The position numbers were made by a program, and so were the translations under genes. From Lepidodermella squamata (taxonomy: Eukaryota; Animalia; Gastrotricha), in the NCBI GenBank assembly GCA_047495785.1, contig JBLDXI010000016.1, positions 744,001-808,000 of the forward strand: a stretch of 64,000 nucleotides of DNA. The letters are read 5' to 3'. This document shows positions 25,401-38,165 of this stretch, one piece after another; position 1 is the first letter of the stretch, and the number at the start of each line of letters is the position of its first letter. The notes beneath the pieces are model-generated. The model ran no database searches. It saw nothing but the letters and a program-made list of their open reading frames with translations, and was not told where the DNA came from.

Positions 25401-28400
25401 AACTCGTTAAAAAAGGCATGGCAAGACGACAGAAATTTTTTGGCGTTGAACAAATATAATGCGCAAAAAAAACGACCGGCTATTACACAATATTTCGGAC
25501 GTAACTGATGAAGAGTGGGGAAAAAGTGAGCATATTTGCTTTTCCAGAGTACATTTTTTCTGCGGCTATATAACGCTCTCTGTCATCGACGCGCAAAAAA
25601 GGAGCATAGTGAATGCGCGTGCGAACAGAGGTATGTATTAGTCAGATATACCTAGGCTATATGCTTAGCTCGCAGTAATGAAAAAATTATATAATAAAAA
25701 GTTGGAAGAAATATAGACTGATCGTGGATTAATATTAAGTCAACATAACTACTGGGCGTATATTAGCGTAATATTTAGGTAGAGCAGTGTTGTACGGCGT
25801 TTTTTTCGCATACATATGCCGCGATCTATCCAACTATCTATTAGGCATAATAATATTTCGCAAGCGCTCGTCGATGTTCAGCGCGTGTTTAAAAGGCATA
25901 GTGCGAAATAAAATAATAATATTATATTACACATTGCCGAAAAGTACGCGAAAAATCAAGGATATATATATATAATGTATAAGAGCTGACCGGTGGTTGT
26001 GGTGGTATGCCACAATGCACAGCTCATTTCAAACGCTGTTGCTGAGGGGGTACCAGCGCCGCCAAAACTTTTGCGTAATCATTTCTCTAGACTGAATCGT
26101 GCGTGAAATTATTCCAAGGCCTGGCAAAACGCGCGCGCGCGCAGGAACAATTTATATATATTAGCGCTATATATACGCGAAATAACATAGATGCAAAAAC
26201 ACCACCTCGCCCGGGCGATGAAAACACCTAGTACCGGGCGGGCAGCTCTCTTTCGCGAAATAGACTTTACGTACTAGTTCTACTACTAATAACGAAAAAT
26301 CAGCCTCTTCAGAGCGTAGAAGAAATTCGTTTCTGTGATGTTGTAATAAAATCAAGCGAGCATAACCGTGTACAAGCCGCAGCAGCAGCAGCAGTAGCAC
26401 CAAGCGTATCGATACTCGCCCTTGAAAAATACGGCGCGGTATGTATATCGGAAACGTATATTAATCTATATTCATGTTGTTTTGATTTTCGGGGCGATGC
26501 TCAAGATCGCATGCGGCACATATACATGCAGCGAGGAAAACACATTTTAATAATGATAATAATACGCGATTATCGTTTGTGTTTAGATGCGCCGCTTCCA
26601 GCCGCGGCAAGAAACTCGTTACTACGCCGCAGTAGTGGGCGTATATTACCCAGGTAATGATGATCAAAGTTGAGATATAGATATAGATAGATCCTTAGGG
26701 GCGAAGCTATACTATAAAGGGGTAAACAAAACAACACCGTTGCTTGCGGTGTATGTAATAGGCGTAATAAAATAATAATAAACCAAGAGACCATACGCCC
26801 CACGCAGATGTTAGAGCCGCCGAGACAGTCGGTATTTAAAACGCTGCTGTGATGAGCATGAAAAATTGCTAGTTTTTCGCGAGCCGGAAAAAAACATCTG
26901 CGAGACAAGTGTGAGAGGAAAATTTATGCACTGAACTGAGCTGAGTGTTTAAAAACTTAGCGGTCTAAGGTACTCGGAAAAATAAATAATGTCATTATGT
27001 TTGCATTGCATGAGGTGACGATGATGTGTATGTGAAATTTTTGCAGTCTATTGGGACCGGTCAATAGCCGGTTGCTGACCAGCAGCAGCAGCAGTTTCTC
27101 GTAATAAATACTCGCGAGATGGCGAAAAAATATAATTGTAAATATATTACAGACACGATATAAATATATATATATCGAGCAAGTGTGCCGAGCTAAGGGC
27201 GAAATCAGACAGGCACGGCACATAGTATCAGCGGGATGCGAAGAAAAGAGTGAGCAAGGATGAAGAACACAAAATTCGAGACACAGAATGAGCGCACGCG
27301 TGCGAAAAATACAGGCAATATACGGGCAGGCTAGAGCTACTAGTGCTGCAGCGTAGAAAATGAATCTATACGAACGCCGTCGTTCGTTTTCGTCCGTTCG
27401 CTCGTTGTTCTCTACAGCAGCAGCAGCCATCGACTATACGCGCCGTGTGTGAAGCGATGAGGAACTATTGAACACAATCCATTTACACACACATACAAGG
27501 TTGACGTTTTGTGCTTCTCTCGCCCGGCGCGCGTAAAATCGATTTTAGCTACGGTAGTAGTAGTAGTAGTAGTAGTAGTCCGCAACTCTATAGACCTACA
27601 GTACATAAAAGCCCGGCAACGACCGAACGAACGACACGACAAGATTCGATCGATCGAAACGAAAACGAAACAAAGCAGGTGACGCGTATTATTTTCGCGC
27701 AAGGTCGCTTCGATTCCGCAGCAGTAGCGAAGACGCCTGCACTATAATAATAATTATAATAATGGCCACGAGTCTGGGAAACACAATTACTCAGGCGCGA
27801 TGTTCAAACTAATTTGTTATTATAGCGTATTAGAAAAATAAACGCAGCACACACCTTGAAAATTAATAATTCAGGAACTAAACATAAATCGAACACTATA
27901 ATTTTACGCGCGCGGTCAAAATTAAAAAGACGCGGATCAATAGCGGCGAGACGATGATGACAACAAAGTACAAACCTAATAAACTAAGGTGTGTAATGAA
28001 ACGTTATGTTCGTGATTAAAATAATATCAAAATATCACGTAGCGACAAATTTAACAATAAAAATCCATCATGGCCAGGTGAAGCGGCCGCGAAATTTAGC
28101 TTTCAGATGACAGCCGAGGCATTATTTGTAAAAAGAGACAGCCACTATGTATATGTATCAATATTACACGCCTTTTGTATCACGGACCGGCCGTGCGCCT
28201 GTGCGCGGCATTTTTCGCCACCCCATTAGCACACCCCATTTACTGGTCAACATATATGTGTGCAAGGCTTTTGTTGGTCTAGGGAGACGCCGTCGTCGAA
28301 TATAAAGTGTGACAATTTTTCGCCACATTTTTATACAATAACATACGAATATTGCAATATAATTATTGCGGCTAAAGAATGCAACTCACGTTTCTGGGCG

Positions 28401-31400
28401 CCACAGGTGTGAAGTGCCAAGTCATCTGCTCGTTGGCAACCTCCTCGGCCATGTGCTCGGACGTGACACTGCCAGCTAAATTACAATAATTAATTATTAC
28501 AACAAATAATAATACAAAACATGCTTCTCTAGCAAAATTTCAATGGTCAGTATAAAAATTCAAAATTGAAACTCTGACAATAAATATTCCTCCTTAAAAT
28601 TTTTAAAATTTTAACAAAATGTAATACAAAATGAAATTCTAAGAATATAAAATAATATTTACCAAAAAATCGAAATCAGCTATTTTTCGAGCTATTTCCA
28701 ACCATAATATTTGGAAAAACTATAACAAACCCGGACTTGGAATAAAAGAAAATTAAATTGCCAAAATTTTCAAAGCAGCCTAAAACTATGGAATTTTCTA
28801 CAAAAAAGTAAAGTGCACAACTTTTACGGCAATACAACTTTACAGGTACATTTTCGAGTGGGGCTCTATAAAGCGAATCACAAAAGGAATTCTTCCAATT
28901 CGATGGCTCTGATAATAGGTTACTTTCACAAGGCTGAATAAAAGGAGTCGCACTACGTAAGATCAGCCATTCATATCGCGATCAAAAAAAAACGCGAACC
29001 ATCGCATGAATAATACCATCATATCAAACAGCTGTGCCACTTGTGGCGGTCGGAAAAAAGGAAACCGGCTAAAAAAGTGGCCACGATAATTGATGATGAT
29101 GAATATGAACGATCGTACGATGCAAAAAAGCGCAATACTGAAATGACCCCAGGGGGTTAGAGATCTGACTTTTATATCACGGTGGTAGCGAATACAAAAA
29201 TATGGCTTTAATAAAAAACGCACCACGTTGTAGTTTGCTCTCTTCCAGTTGCGGGAACTGCGAATCGACTTGGTTCTGGGGCCGTGTGAACACTGGCGAT
29301 TGCGGCATAATATCCTCTGTGAATAAATCGATAGTTCGAGTTAATGAAATTAATAAAAGTTAGTCGATCGAACGTACCTCGGCCCAGGATGTCGCCGTGC
29401 TCTATCACCATAGTAGAAAAATCAAATAACAAATTAATCAAATATTTAGAAAAAATGTTACGAAGGTTTCGTGCATTTTTTTTAACCAAAGCCTAGACGT
29501 TTTTCGCGGAATGAATCGATTTATGCGTTTTTCTTTCGAATCCTTCAGAGTTAGGTCTAAGCCGATAATTGCGGCGATAACTTATCGATGGGATGCACTT
29601 ATAGAATGGCATAATTACAAACAGTGATTCAGATGCATCTAGGTTCCCTAAAATGACGATCGCGTGAATTACTTCAAGAATTAATTTTTGAGACCAGGTG
29701 CGATGTCTTCAATGGAATGCAGATCAATCATATACAGCCGACATTTATGAAAGAATTCGCATAACAAAGATATGGATTAGCGTCAACTATTACTGTAGAC
29801 TTCACGAAACTTTAGCAGTTATTACAGCGATCGGAATGTCTACTGAAATGCTCTAGACAAGAAAATACAGCGTAACATCGAGCTTAGATTCTAGAGTTTG
29901 CTTCGTCATTCAATCTTGTTTTTAGCAGCGTTTCATTACGTACGATGGGTATAAGTCCTTTCGCTTGATAAGCTGAAGAAATCAGCTCGGATGTTTCATG
30001 ACCTCATAACCTTCTTTCGCCACCATCACACTCCCAATACATCGTTCCAAATCGACTAAGGTTCGAATCGCTTAGCCGGAATGAACTTCGAAAGACGGGC
30101 GTACTTCCTTTTGAAAAACCGGTTGTCATGTTGTGACTTCAAGGGCTTTGCCTTCCGAGTTGGAAAAACGGAGGCTACGTAGGGGAAATCAATCATTCTC
30201 GAGATTTAGTCTCAAAGTTTCGCACATCTTATCGTCTTATCATGACGAAAAATGCTCGAAGTATCGTCGAACATGAACCCAGCCTGAATTACCGTTTCCA
30301 TTTCTTGTTCGTTAGCTCAGAGATAAATATTGACTTCGGTGAGCAGAGCGACTTATAGTAACACTGAAAAACATGAGGGTAGTTCTCTCTTCCTTCCCGC
30401 CAAGTTCCCCGACGACTGAAATAGGGAGATCTTCATCTGCGATATGTTTAGCGTTTCCTCACCGACTTACCATCTTTGCTTAAGATTTTCGGGGGCAACT
30501 GTTTTGATATCAACATAATTCATTTGAATCTACACTTCATCAAGGTTGTTGCCCACAAAATTCTGCTTTGTTTCCGGTCACTAGTAGAATCACGGCGAAA
30601 GTCCTTCTCATTCCCGGCTGCTCCGAAACATTATTTGGTAATTTACTATTTTCACAGGTTATGGGCCCAGCAAGCGAGGAGTTTAAGGTGGTGCTTAACG
30701 ATACGACCAACCTGGCCGCTTGGCGGAATCAGATGTTGTCCTTTTTCCATTCGAAGGGTGCGCTCGAGATTATGACGGGAGCCGCCGAACCGCCTGCCGA
30801 TGGTAAGAGTGAGCGTTGGTGGACGAACCTCAACGGCGAAATCCGCTATGCAATTGCGCGAACAATAGGCGAGCATCTTACGTTCATCATCAATGACAAT
30901 TATTCGGCCGTCAAGTGTTGGAACGATGTCAACGCCGCCCTCACGCTCGACCATCCACTCGGTGTCGTTCAGTCGCTGGTGGCTTACCGCGATTTACCTG
31001 TCTTTCGTTTAGGGACTTTGCCCGATGCCCATATCGCCAGTTTTAGCAAGGTCCTTAACGAACTGAAGTCGCAACAAGGCGGTGATTACTTTTCCAATCA
31101 AGAAATACGGGCTAAATTGTTTTTTGCGACTCTGCCGAGTCAGAGCGGCATTTCTCTTTGGCTGATATAGTTGCTCGGCAGGGTGGGATTGAGCCCCGAA
31201 AACTTCCGAGCACAGAACCTGATTGTCTATCAAGCCTACGAGTGTTTGAACAAGTGCGCGAACCATGTGTGAAATTCGAGAATTGTGGCTCTCAACGTCT
31301 TCATGAATTTTAAAAGGAGACTAACGAATGGCGAGGAAAATATCTTTTTATGATTCCTTTCTATCACTTCTAACGCGCCATTTCATCTTCATCTTGACCA

Positions 31401-34400
31401 ATTCAACTCGAAATCGAGAATTTTTCCAAAGTTTTACAGTGTTTTTAGGCAAGATAAAGATGTTTAAAAATAACAGTCGTTGGATTGCTTTTGAATAACA
31501 GTTGGCTGACTTCTTTACGAAGCCGTTGCCCCGATTTGGATGATCATGACTTGTGAGAACAATTCCCTGGAAAGGGGATGTTTTATATAACTTTCGTGAA
31601 TAAGTCTCAAGATTAAATGAATGAACCACACGTTTAGTGGTCTTTAGTTCTTTGCCTGGAGGTGACTCAGTATCTCACTTTTCCACTTCTGGGTAACTTG
31701 CCGCATTTGTCTTTTGATTACATTAATAAAGCGTCTCGCTGTTCCACTTCTAAAATGGGTCAGGACCATCTGGCTCAGTTGAGGCTCTACGTTATTCCCA
31801 AGTAAGTATATGCAGCTCATTAAGTATGAGAAAACAACTAAAACAGAGATGCTTTCCTGACGGGTAGAAAATACGAGTGCCTCACGAAACTCAACCATAC
31901 AGCAATAAAACTATCAGGGTAGAAAGTAATACCAATAAAAGATGAAAAGAATTGCAGCGTATGGTTTACATATCTTACGCTTATGTGAGAAAAATCGGGA
32001 AAATTACCTAAGGCTCTTCTTTGACCACGGGAAATTAAGTTGGGATCACTTGATATCGATATCAATTTTTATATAGAACGGCAACATGTGAGCCGCAAAT
32101 TTTTTCATCACTATGAACGCTTTATCGCGAGTGAAACCAAAAAGGCGAAATAGGTGGAATGACGTAACGGCGAGCTAAGTTTTGCAATCACCCGATTTTT
32201 AGGTTCTCACTTCCGATTAGTAATCAATTGTAATTATGGTAGTGTTCGCAGTAAACTGCAGTCTTATGGACCCGGTTGGCCAGTATCAAGCAATTTCGAA
32301 CGATTTTAATGTATATCATGCAAAGTTTCTCGTTGATTTTTTGCTCGTTTTAGGCTGGCATTCGCTGATGCTTCGGCAAAAGTTGCTCAGCCTGAGCCTC
32401 GGGGTTGTGCAGCTCCCGCCAAGATAGCTCGTAAGGATTCATCATCAATATGCACGCTGACTGAAATCCTACTCTTAATCAAAATTACTTTCTCGTGATT
32501 GTTATCGCACGAATTTTACACTCATTTTCTACCTGAATATACGCTGCCAGCTAATTACGCCCAAAACTCGTAATTTGATAGACCTTAACTAGCCCATTGT
32601 CTTTCATACAGCGGAGCTTTCCAGTATAACAATAATATAATGGTTCTAAAATAAATAAGTACCTAGTTTGACATCCTAAGGAAAGCTACGGGCGGCTTCA
32701 ATGTGTTTCATTTTACTTTTCTTCGAATAGGTCATTTCAACTACTTTTGACTCATCATTTCATCTTATCTTACCAGCGACTATTAAGCTGTAAAAAACTC
32801 CTCCCATGTCAGCTGTATTATTCACACGCTTACAATCCACCTTAATTGGAACACAAAGAGCGCGCGTGCCCCGTTTTTCTCCCACGGCACAACAATAATA
32901 ATAATCGCCGCTGCAATAATAAAAACAGCCCACTTCTTGTTATGCTGGAGTGGCGAAGAACACGAACAAGATATGCAAATTGCCGCCGCATTTTTCACGC
33001 GGCAATCAAACAACAATAATAATCGTAAATATCAGCCAGCTCAAAAATCGTAGGCGACAAAAACGCGAGATAAGAAAATAGAGAAAAAACTATAATTATC
33101 GACACAGCGATTTAGGGCGCCTCATTAATTTTTCACCTGGTGGCTTAATCAACTTTCAACTACCGCCGGCGTAATGCACTAAATTCAATAAACACACCCC
33201 CGATTGTTTGATTTGGTATACTTATAATATTCAAAAAAAGACAGTTGGTTAAATATTTGCGCGGAAAACGTACAGGCTGGTTAAACGTTGCGGTCAAGTG
33301 TGACATCGTCGTTGTTATTATTATGAGCATGATATTTAAGGATAAACAACGCACCTTGCTCTTCGTCCGACTCGACAACAAGGCGCTCGTCCATGCGTTC
33401 GGGTTCGTAGTGCGACTGAGCAATCGGCGTCGTCACGTTGGCATCGTGAGGCACTTCCGTCTCAACAACCTCCACAGTCGTGACCTGGCGCAGCACTTCG
33501 ATCAGCGAAATGTAATTAAGGCGGATCGCAATTGACAGCGCAGTTTGGTTATTCTATACGCGGAAATACACAGAAGAAAAACACTCAATTGACCCTCGAG
33601 GGAGCGAAACCAAAAACCAGTGACGAGAGAAAATAATCCCAGAAGACGGCGATATATCAAAAAAATCGATTGATTTTTCCATCCAATTTACATAATTTGT
33701 GTGTATAAAGACGGAAAAAACCTACCCGAGAAATGATATTAGGATCAGCATTGTACTTCAGCAGGATATTGACGATTTCGATATGGCCCTGCTGAGCGGC
33801 TTGATGCAGTGGCGTGTAGCCCATCTGAAAAATTCGGGAGTCAATAGAAACCGAGCCGCCTTAACAGAAAAAAACGAATTCGTTACCCTAGTAACTGCGT
33901 TGACATCAGCGCCGTGTCCCAACAAGAATAGAACCATGTTAATTTGGCCGAAATGGCACGCGGTCTGTGGTAAAATTAATTTCAATTATTATCCTTTTCA
34001 TCATTTTTCTGGGTATTTATAATATCCCAGTCAGTGCGTGTATATTTCGAAAAATTGTTGATTTTTTTTCCGAGTATTTACATGAAGTGGCGTGTAGCCC
34101 GCCTTCGTTTGCGGGTCAATTGGCGAGCCGTAGCGGACGAGCAGCTCGGCGCAGTTGACGCGGTCCTCCTGCGCCGCGAGATGCAGCGGCGTCAGGCCGT
34201 TTCGCGCGTACTTGGCCGCCGTCGCCTTCTGGTCGAGCAGCAGCGCAACCATCTCGGCGTGTCCCTATAATATAAAACGAATAAATACATATCGATAGAT
34301 AGATAGATACGCTCATCCTTGTACATATTTTTGTACTTCTTATATTGTAATATATTCAATGCCATGACAACACAACAATGACAACAAATCAGAATAATAT

Positions 34401-37400
34401 TTTCCGACTGCTACTGCTACTAGTACTACCACCACCAAATAGTGGCTGTAATATGCGAATCCCTAAACAAATACGGACGCCGACTTCCTAAAATCGATCA
34501 AATATATCGTCGCCGGCAGCCGCATGTAATAGCCATTTACTAATCGCTTTCAGCCAATATTTCTCTTAAACATGAATCCACCTTAAAATGCCACTCGCAG
34601 TAGCGATTACGACTGATACTATAAAATAAAACGTCTCGAAATGATGAAAAAAAATTGTTGAAAAATTTAAAATTATGAAGCTAGTAACGTGATCTTTGTA
34701 GGATCGAAGTAAAATTCCCAAAAATGAAGGCATATGCAAAATATCAGAAGAAAAAGTGAATTTTTACAAAATTTCATGAAAATTTGCTCCTACGGAGAAT
34801 TACTCAAATATGAAAATTAAAAAATCAGATAATCCATTTTACATATGAAATCAAAAGTTGCACAGCTACACAAATAGCTACACAACGGCTATTTTTTAAA
34901 TTATATAATTTTATCTTAATTTTTCTTCCTTTTCTTCTGAATCATAGGCCATAAAACCTGAAATACAGAAAAATTCGATGTTTTTTCTTCTTATACTCCT
35001 AAAATGGAGAATTTCCAGACTTTTCGATGTTTTTCAGAATTTTCTCATCGGATATTCGGCGGATATTAAGAAACACTGATGCGCCTAATCCATCTTTAAT
35101 AACCCGGACATGGAGCCTACGGCGTACCTCGAGTGTAGCCACGTGTAGCGGCGAGAAGCCAGATTTCGACTCGGCATTCGGATTCGCGCCATTTTCCAAC
35201 AGCGTCGATGCAATATCGATCAAATTCTTCTTAGCGGCAATGTGCAGTGCCGTGTAGCCATTCTTCGCCGCCGCGAGTGGCGAGGCGCCATTCTCTAACA
35301 GCAGAATGGCAATATTCGGCCGGTTGTAGTGAGCTGCAAGGTGCAGCGCCGTCAAATTGTTGCGCCCTTCCAAGTCCGGCTGGGCACCGCGTTCCAGCAG
35401 AATGTAGCACGATCGGTGATGGCCGAACTTGGTAGCCAACTGGAGTGGCGAAAATCCTTTCTGTAAAAACAAAAATAATTATACGGCGATTTTTTGTTCT
35501 CGTATGATTCGATACCGGTAGTAAAAATAACAAAACGCAGCGAGTGTCTATTATTGAATATACACACACACGCGCATAGACATACCTTGGTGAGTAGATT
35601 AGCATCGGCGCCGCGCTCAAGTAGCAGCAGAACAATTTCATCATGGCCCTCACGTGTTGCCTATCAAATAACAAACGATATCAATCAAAGCCAGGCAGTA
35701 GTACGCGTACAACACTAACCACATGCAGAGCTGTGTAGCCATCGCGGGCAGCTGCGTTCGGGTTCGCGCCGTGTTGCAGCAACAACGAGGCTATATCGGC
35801 ATTACCGAGGCGCGCGGCGATGTGCAGCGCCGTTTGACTTTCGCGCGCAGGCACGTCGACCTTTGCGTTGTTTAGCAGCAACTGCTGAACTACGTCGTAG
35901 TGCTGCGCGCGGGTGGCCAGGTGCAGCGGGGTTTCGCCGCGAACCGTCTGCATGTCCGGCTTAGCACCGTGGCGAATCAGAAAGACGACGATTTCTACGT
36001 GGCCCATGAACGCTGAGACGTGCAGTGGCGTTAAACCCGACTCGGTTGTCGCATCTAGCCCGGCCTTGTGCCGCAGCAACAACTCAATGATCCGAATTCG
36101 ATTCTTTTTACACGCTGAAAAAGATTAAAAAATAAATAAAAAATCCGCCTTAAAACAGTGAAAGTCATTAATTTCAAAATTAAAATTCAGAATTAATAAA
36201 AATTATTTAAAAAAATCGTAAAATCGTGAGAAATAAATTAGTAAATTGAAGAAAAAAATCCTAAGAAAAAATCAGTATAAAACGAGGAAATTGCAGCTAA
36301 AAATTAGAAAAATGTTGAGAAGTCTTGATTCAGTACAATAAGAGTACTCTACAATAGTATAAAAATAATGAATTAATTACTTTCCGAATAGAGAGCCAAT
36401 CTTATAGAGTACATCATCAGGTAGTTTTTGAGACATTTTTCGAATAGAAAAAAATCCGAAAATTCCTGAAATCATCAATTTCTCAGAAAAATTAAAGAAA
36501 TAATTAGCAAATTAAATTCCGCTGAAAATAGTCTCTGAACTGTTTCCGATTTCATTGTAGTTATTTTTGAGTATTTTCAATTTTATAATAGTAGTTTTTT
36601 TCAGCTTACCGATATGTAAGGCAGTAAAGCCGTTCAAAGCCGGCAAATCAATTTCGCATTTCGAGTCGAGCAGCAACTTGGCCATGTTGAAATTGCCGCA
36701 GTGACTAGACACATGCAACGGCGTTAAATAGTCGACCGTAACATCGTCCACCTTCGCACCGGCCTGCAGCAACAGCCTAGCACATCCTGTGTGATCGCCC
36801 TGCGATGCCATATGCAAGGCAGTTAGGCCGTTCTTCGTCTTCGCATGCACATCAGCGCCATGCTTCAGCAAAACTTCAACAACAGCCATGTGGCCGCTTC
36901 GAGCCGCGCAATGCAACGGCGTTAGGCCATCCTTCGTCTTACAATCAACATCCGCGTGATTTTCGACTAGCAAAATGACTACTTCGGCCTTGCCCCATTT
37001 CGCGGCAACGTGAAGCGGCGAAATGCCGTTCTTAGCCTTGAAATTGATATTTGCATTGTGTTTGATGAACAACGTCGCAACTCGGACGTTTCCGTAATGA
37101 GCGGCGATGTGCAGGGGCGTGAAAAGCGACTTGGACGTGGCGTCAACGTCGTGATCGCCCTTCAACAGCAAATCAGCCGCCTTAACGTCATCCTTTTTCG
37201 CGGCTATATGTAAAGCCGGTAGTTTAATCCTGCCCTGAATGCTGTGTTCAAGCAGTAGAGCCACGACTTTATCATGGCCCTGTTGTAAAGCCACAGCCAA
37301 AGGCGTAAAACCATCCTAAAAAAATTTGAATCGATTTTTTTCCGCTCCGTCTTCATTTTTTTCTGTATTTTTTTACAAACCTCTGTAGTAAGATTTTGAT

Positions 37401-38165
37401 TTGCGCCGTGATTAAGCAACATCGTAACAATGCCCAAGTGGTTTTCTTGGGCCGACATGTAGAGAGGGGTAAAACCGTTCTGCGACTGCGCATTGACTTT
37501 CGCGCCATGTTCGAGCAGAATTTTCACGACTTCTTCTTGCCCAGCCAACGACGCGATATGCAACGCCGTATTGCCTTTCTATTGACATAGAAACGTGACA
37601 TTTAAATATCGGATTAACAAAGCCTTTCTGACATTTCACCTTTGTCGCGGCGTCGACAAGCGCACCTCGCCTTAGCAGCTCGGATACGATATTAGAATGG
37701 CCCTCCTTCGCGGCCAGATGCAGCGCATTAAGGCCGTTTTGATTGCAGGTGTTGATGTCAATGCCCTGCCTTAAATAATCAATCACTTTGTCGATATTAG
37801 CAGCTCGAGCGGCTCGAAGAAACGACGCGCTCATTTCCGCCTGTTGTAAATACAAAAATTGTTATTAGAGCGGAGAACAAATAAAAAACGAATTTGCCTA
37901 CAAAAAGGAAATAAAATCAGTGAAACATCGCAACTAATTTGGTAGTACGCTATGTCGTCGGTGAAAAATCGATGGGTTTTCCTAGACACGGCGTCAAAAA
38001 ATTGTGACAAACTACGCTACCGATAATCAAATCAAATAAGCGCGATGTTTAATGAATCGAAGAAAAAATATGCAGTAATATGCATAGTAAAGCCTAAATA
38101 TTTTTGTTGTAAGTAATGTGGAGTACACGAACCTGGTCGGGAGGATGCAAGCCGTCTCGTTCCAT
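19494..38165 (-). CDS. ANK2: Ankyrin (ANK repeats - ZU5/ZU5 - UPA - death domain - C-terminal tail)
   Basis: ANK-domain exons: 38165-38133, 37840-37640, 37578-37381, 37315-36610, 36114-35720, 35660-35586, 35460-35128, 34264-34082, 33964-33887, 33824-33726, 33553-33355. Linker exons: 29401-29378, 29316-29224, 28475-28390. ZU5/UPA/DD exons: 24030-23867, 23809-23469, 23331-22424, 21436-20750. Tail exons: 20141-20084, 20020-19958, 19894-19494. Motifs include [72 protein letters not shown] and [13 protein letters not shown]. The symbol means the invertebrate ankyrin ortholog group (Ank2/unc-44 type). Confidence 0.95.
24897..24959 (-). CDS. Second candidate alternative first exon of ankyrin ([21 protein letters not shown])
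   Basis: ATG at 24959, 21 codons, and a GTGAGT donor in phase 0 compatible with the exon at 24030. Confidence 0.35.
25156..25230 (-). CDS. Candidate alternative first coding exon of ankyrin ([25 protein letters not shown])
   Basis: ATG at 25230 in ACAATGG context is the first in-frame ATG after an upstream TGA. It gives 25 codons and a GTGAGT donor in phase 0, matching the acceptor at 24030. Confidence 0.55.
30657..31270 (+). mobile_element. Truncated Ty1/copia (Hemivirus-type) LTR retrotransposon: PBS plus gag, no pol; antisense in an ankyrin intron
   Basis: ...TTTTCACA|GGTTATGGGCCCAGCA is an LTR-terminal CA followed by a 16-nt complement of the tRNAi-Met anticodon arm, the copia half-tRNA primer site. 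ORF 30661-31170 ([47 protein letters not shown]) fits copia gag (DUF4219/Retrotran_gag_2). No integrase, RT or matching second LTR seen. Confidence 0.85.

Noticed and set aside
24092-27747. ORF-track peptides in the large ankyrin intron
   Set aside because: Low-complexity translations of simple repeats (TAG, CAG, AT, CG runs) with no splice or homology support, apart from the two short exons reported.
30568-31170. Domesticated Arc-like gag gene with its own spliced 5' exon
   Set aside because: The apparent splice acceptor and ATG are the copia LTR end and tRNAi-Met PBS, and the 3' end looks frameshifted. A transposon relic is simpler.
32360-32460. Additional ankyrin exon or alternative last exon
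   Set aside because: Acceptor-like sites lead to stops within 25-35 codons and there is no supporting donor or homology.
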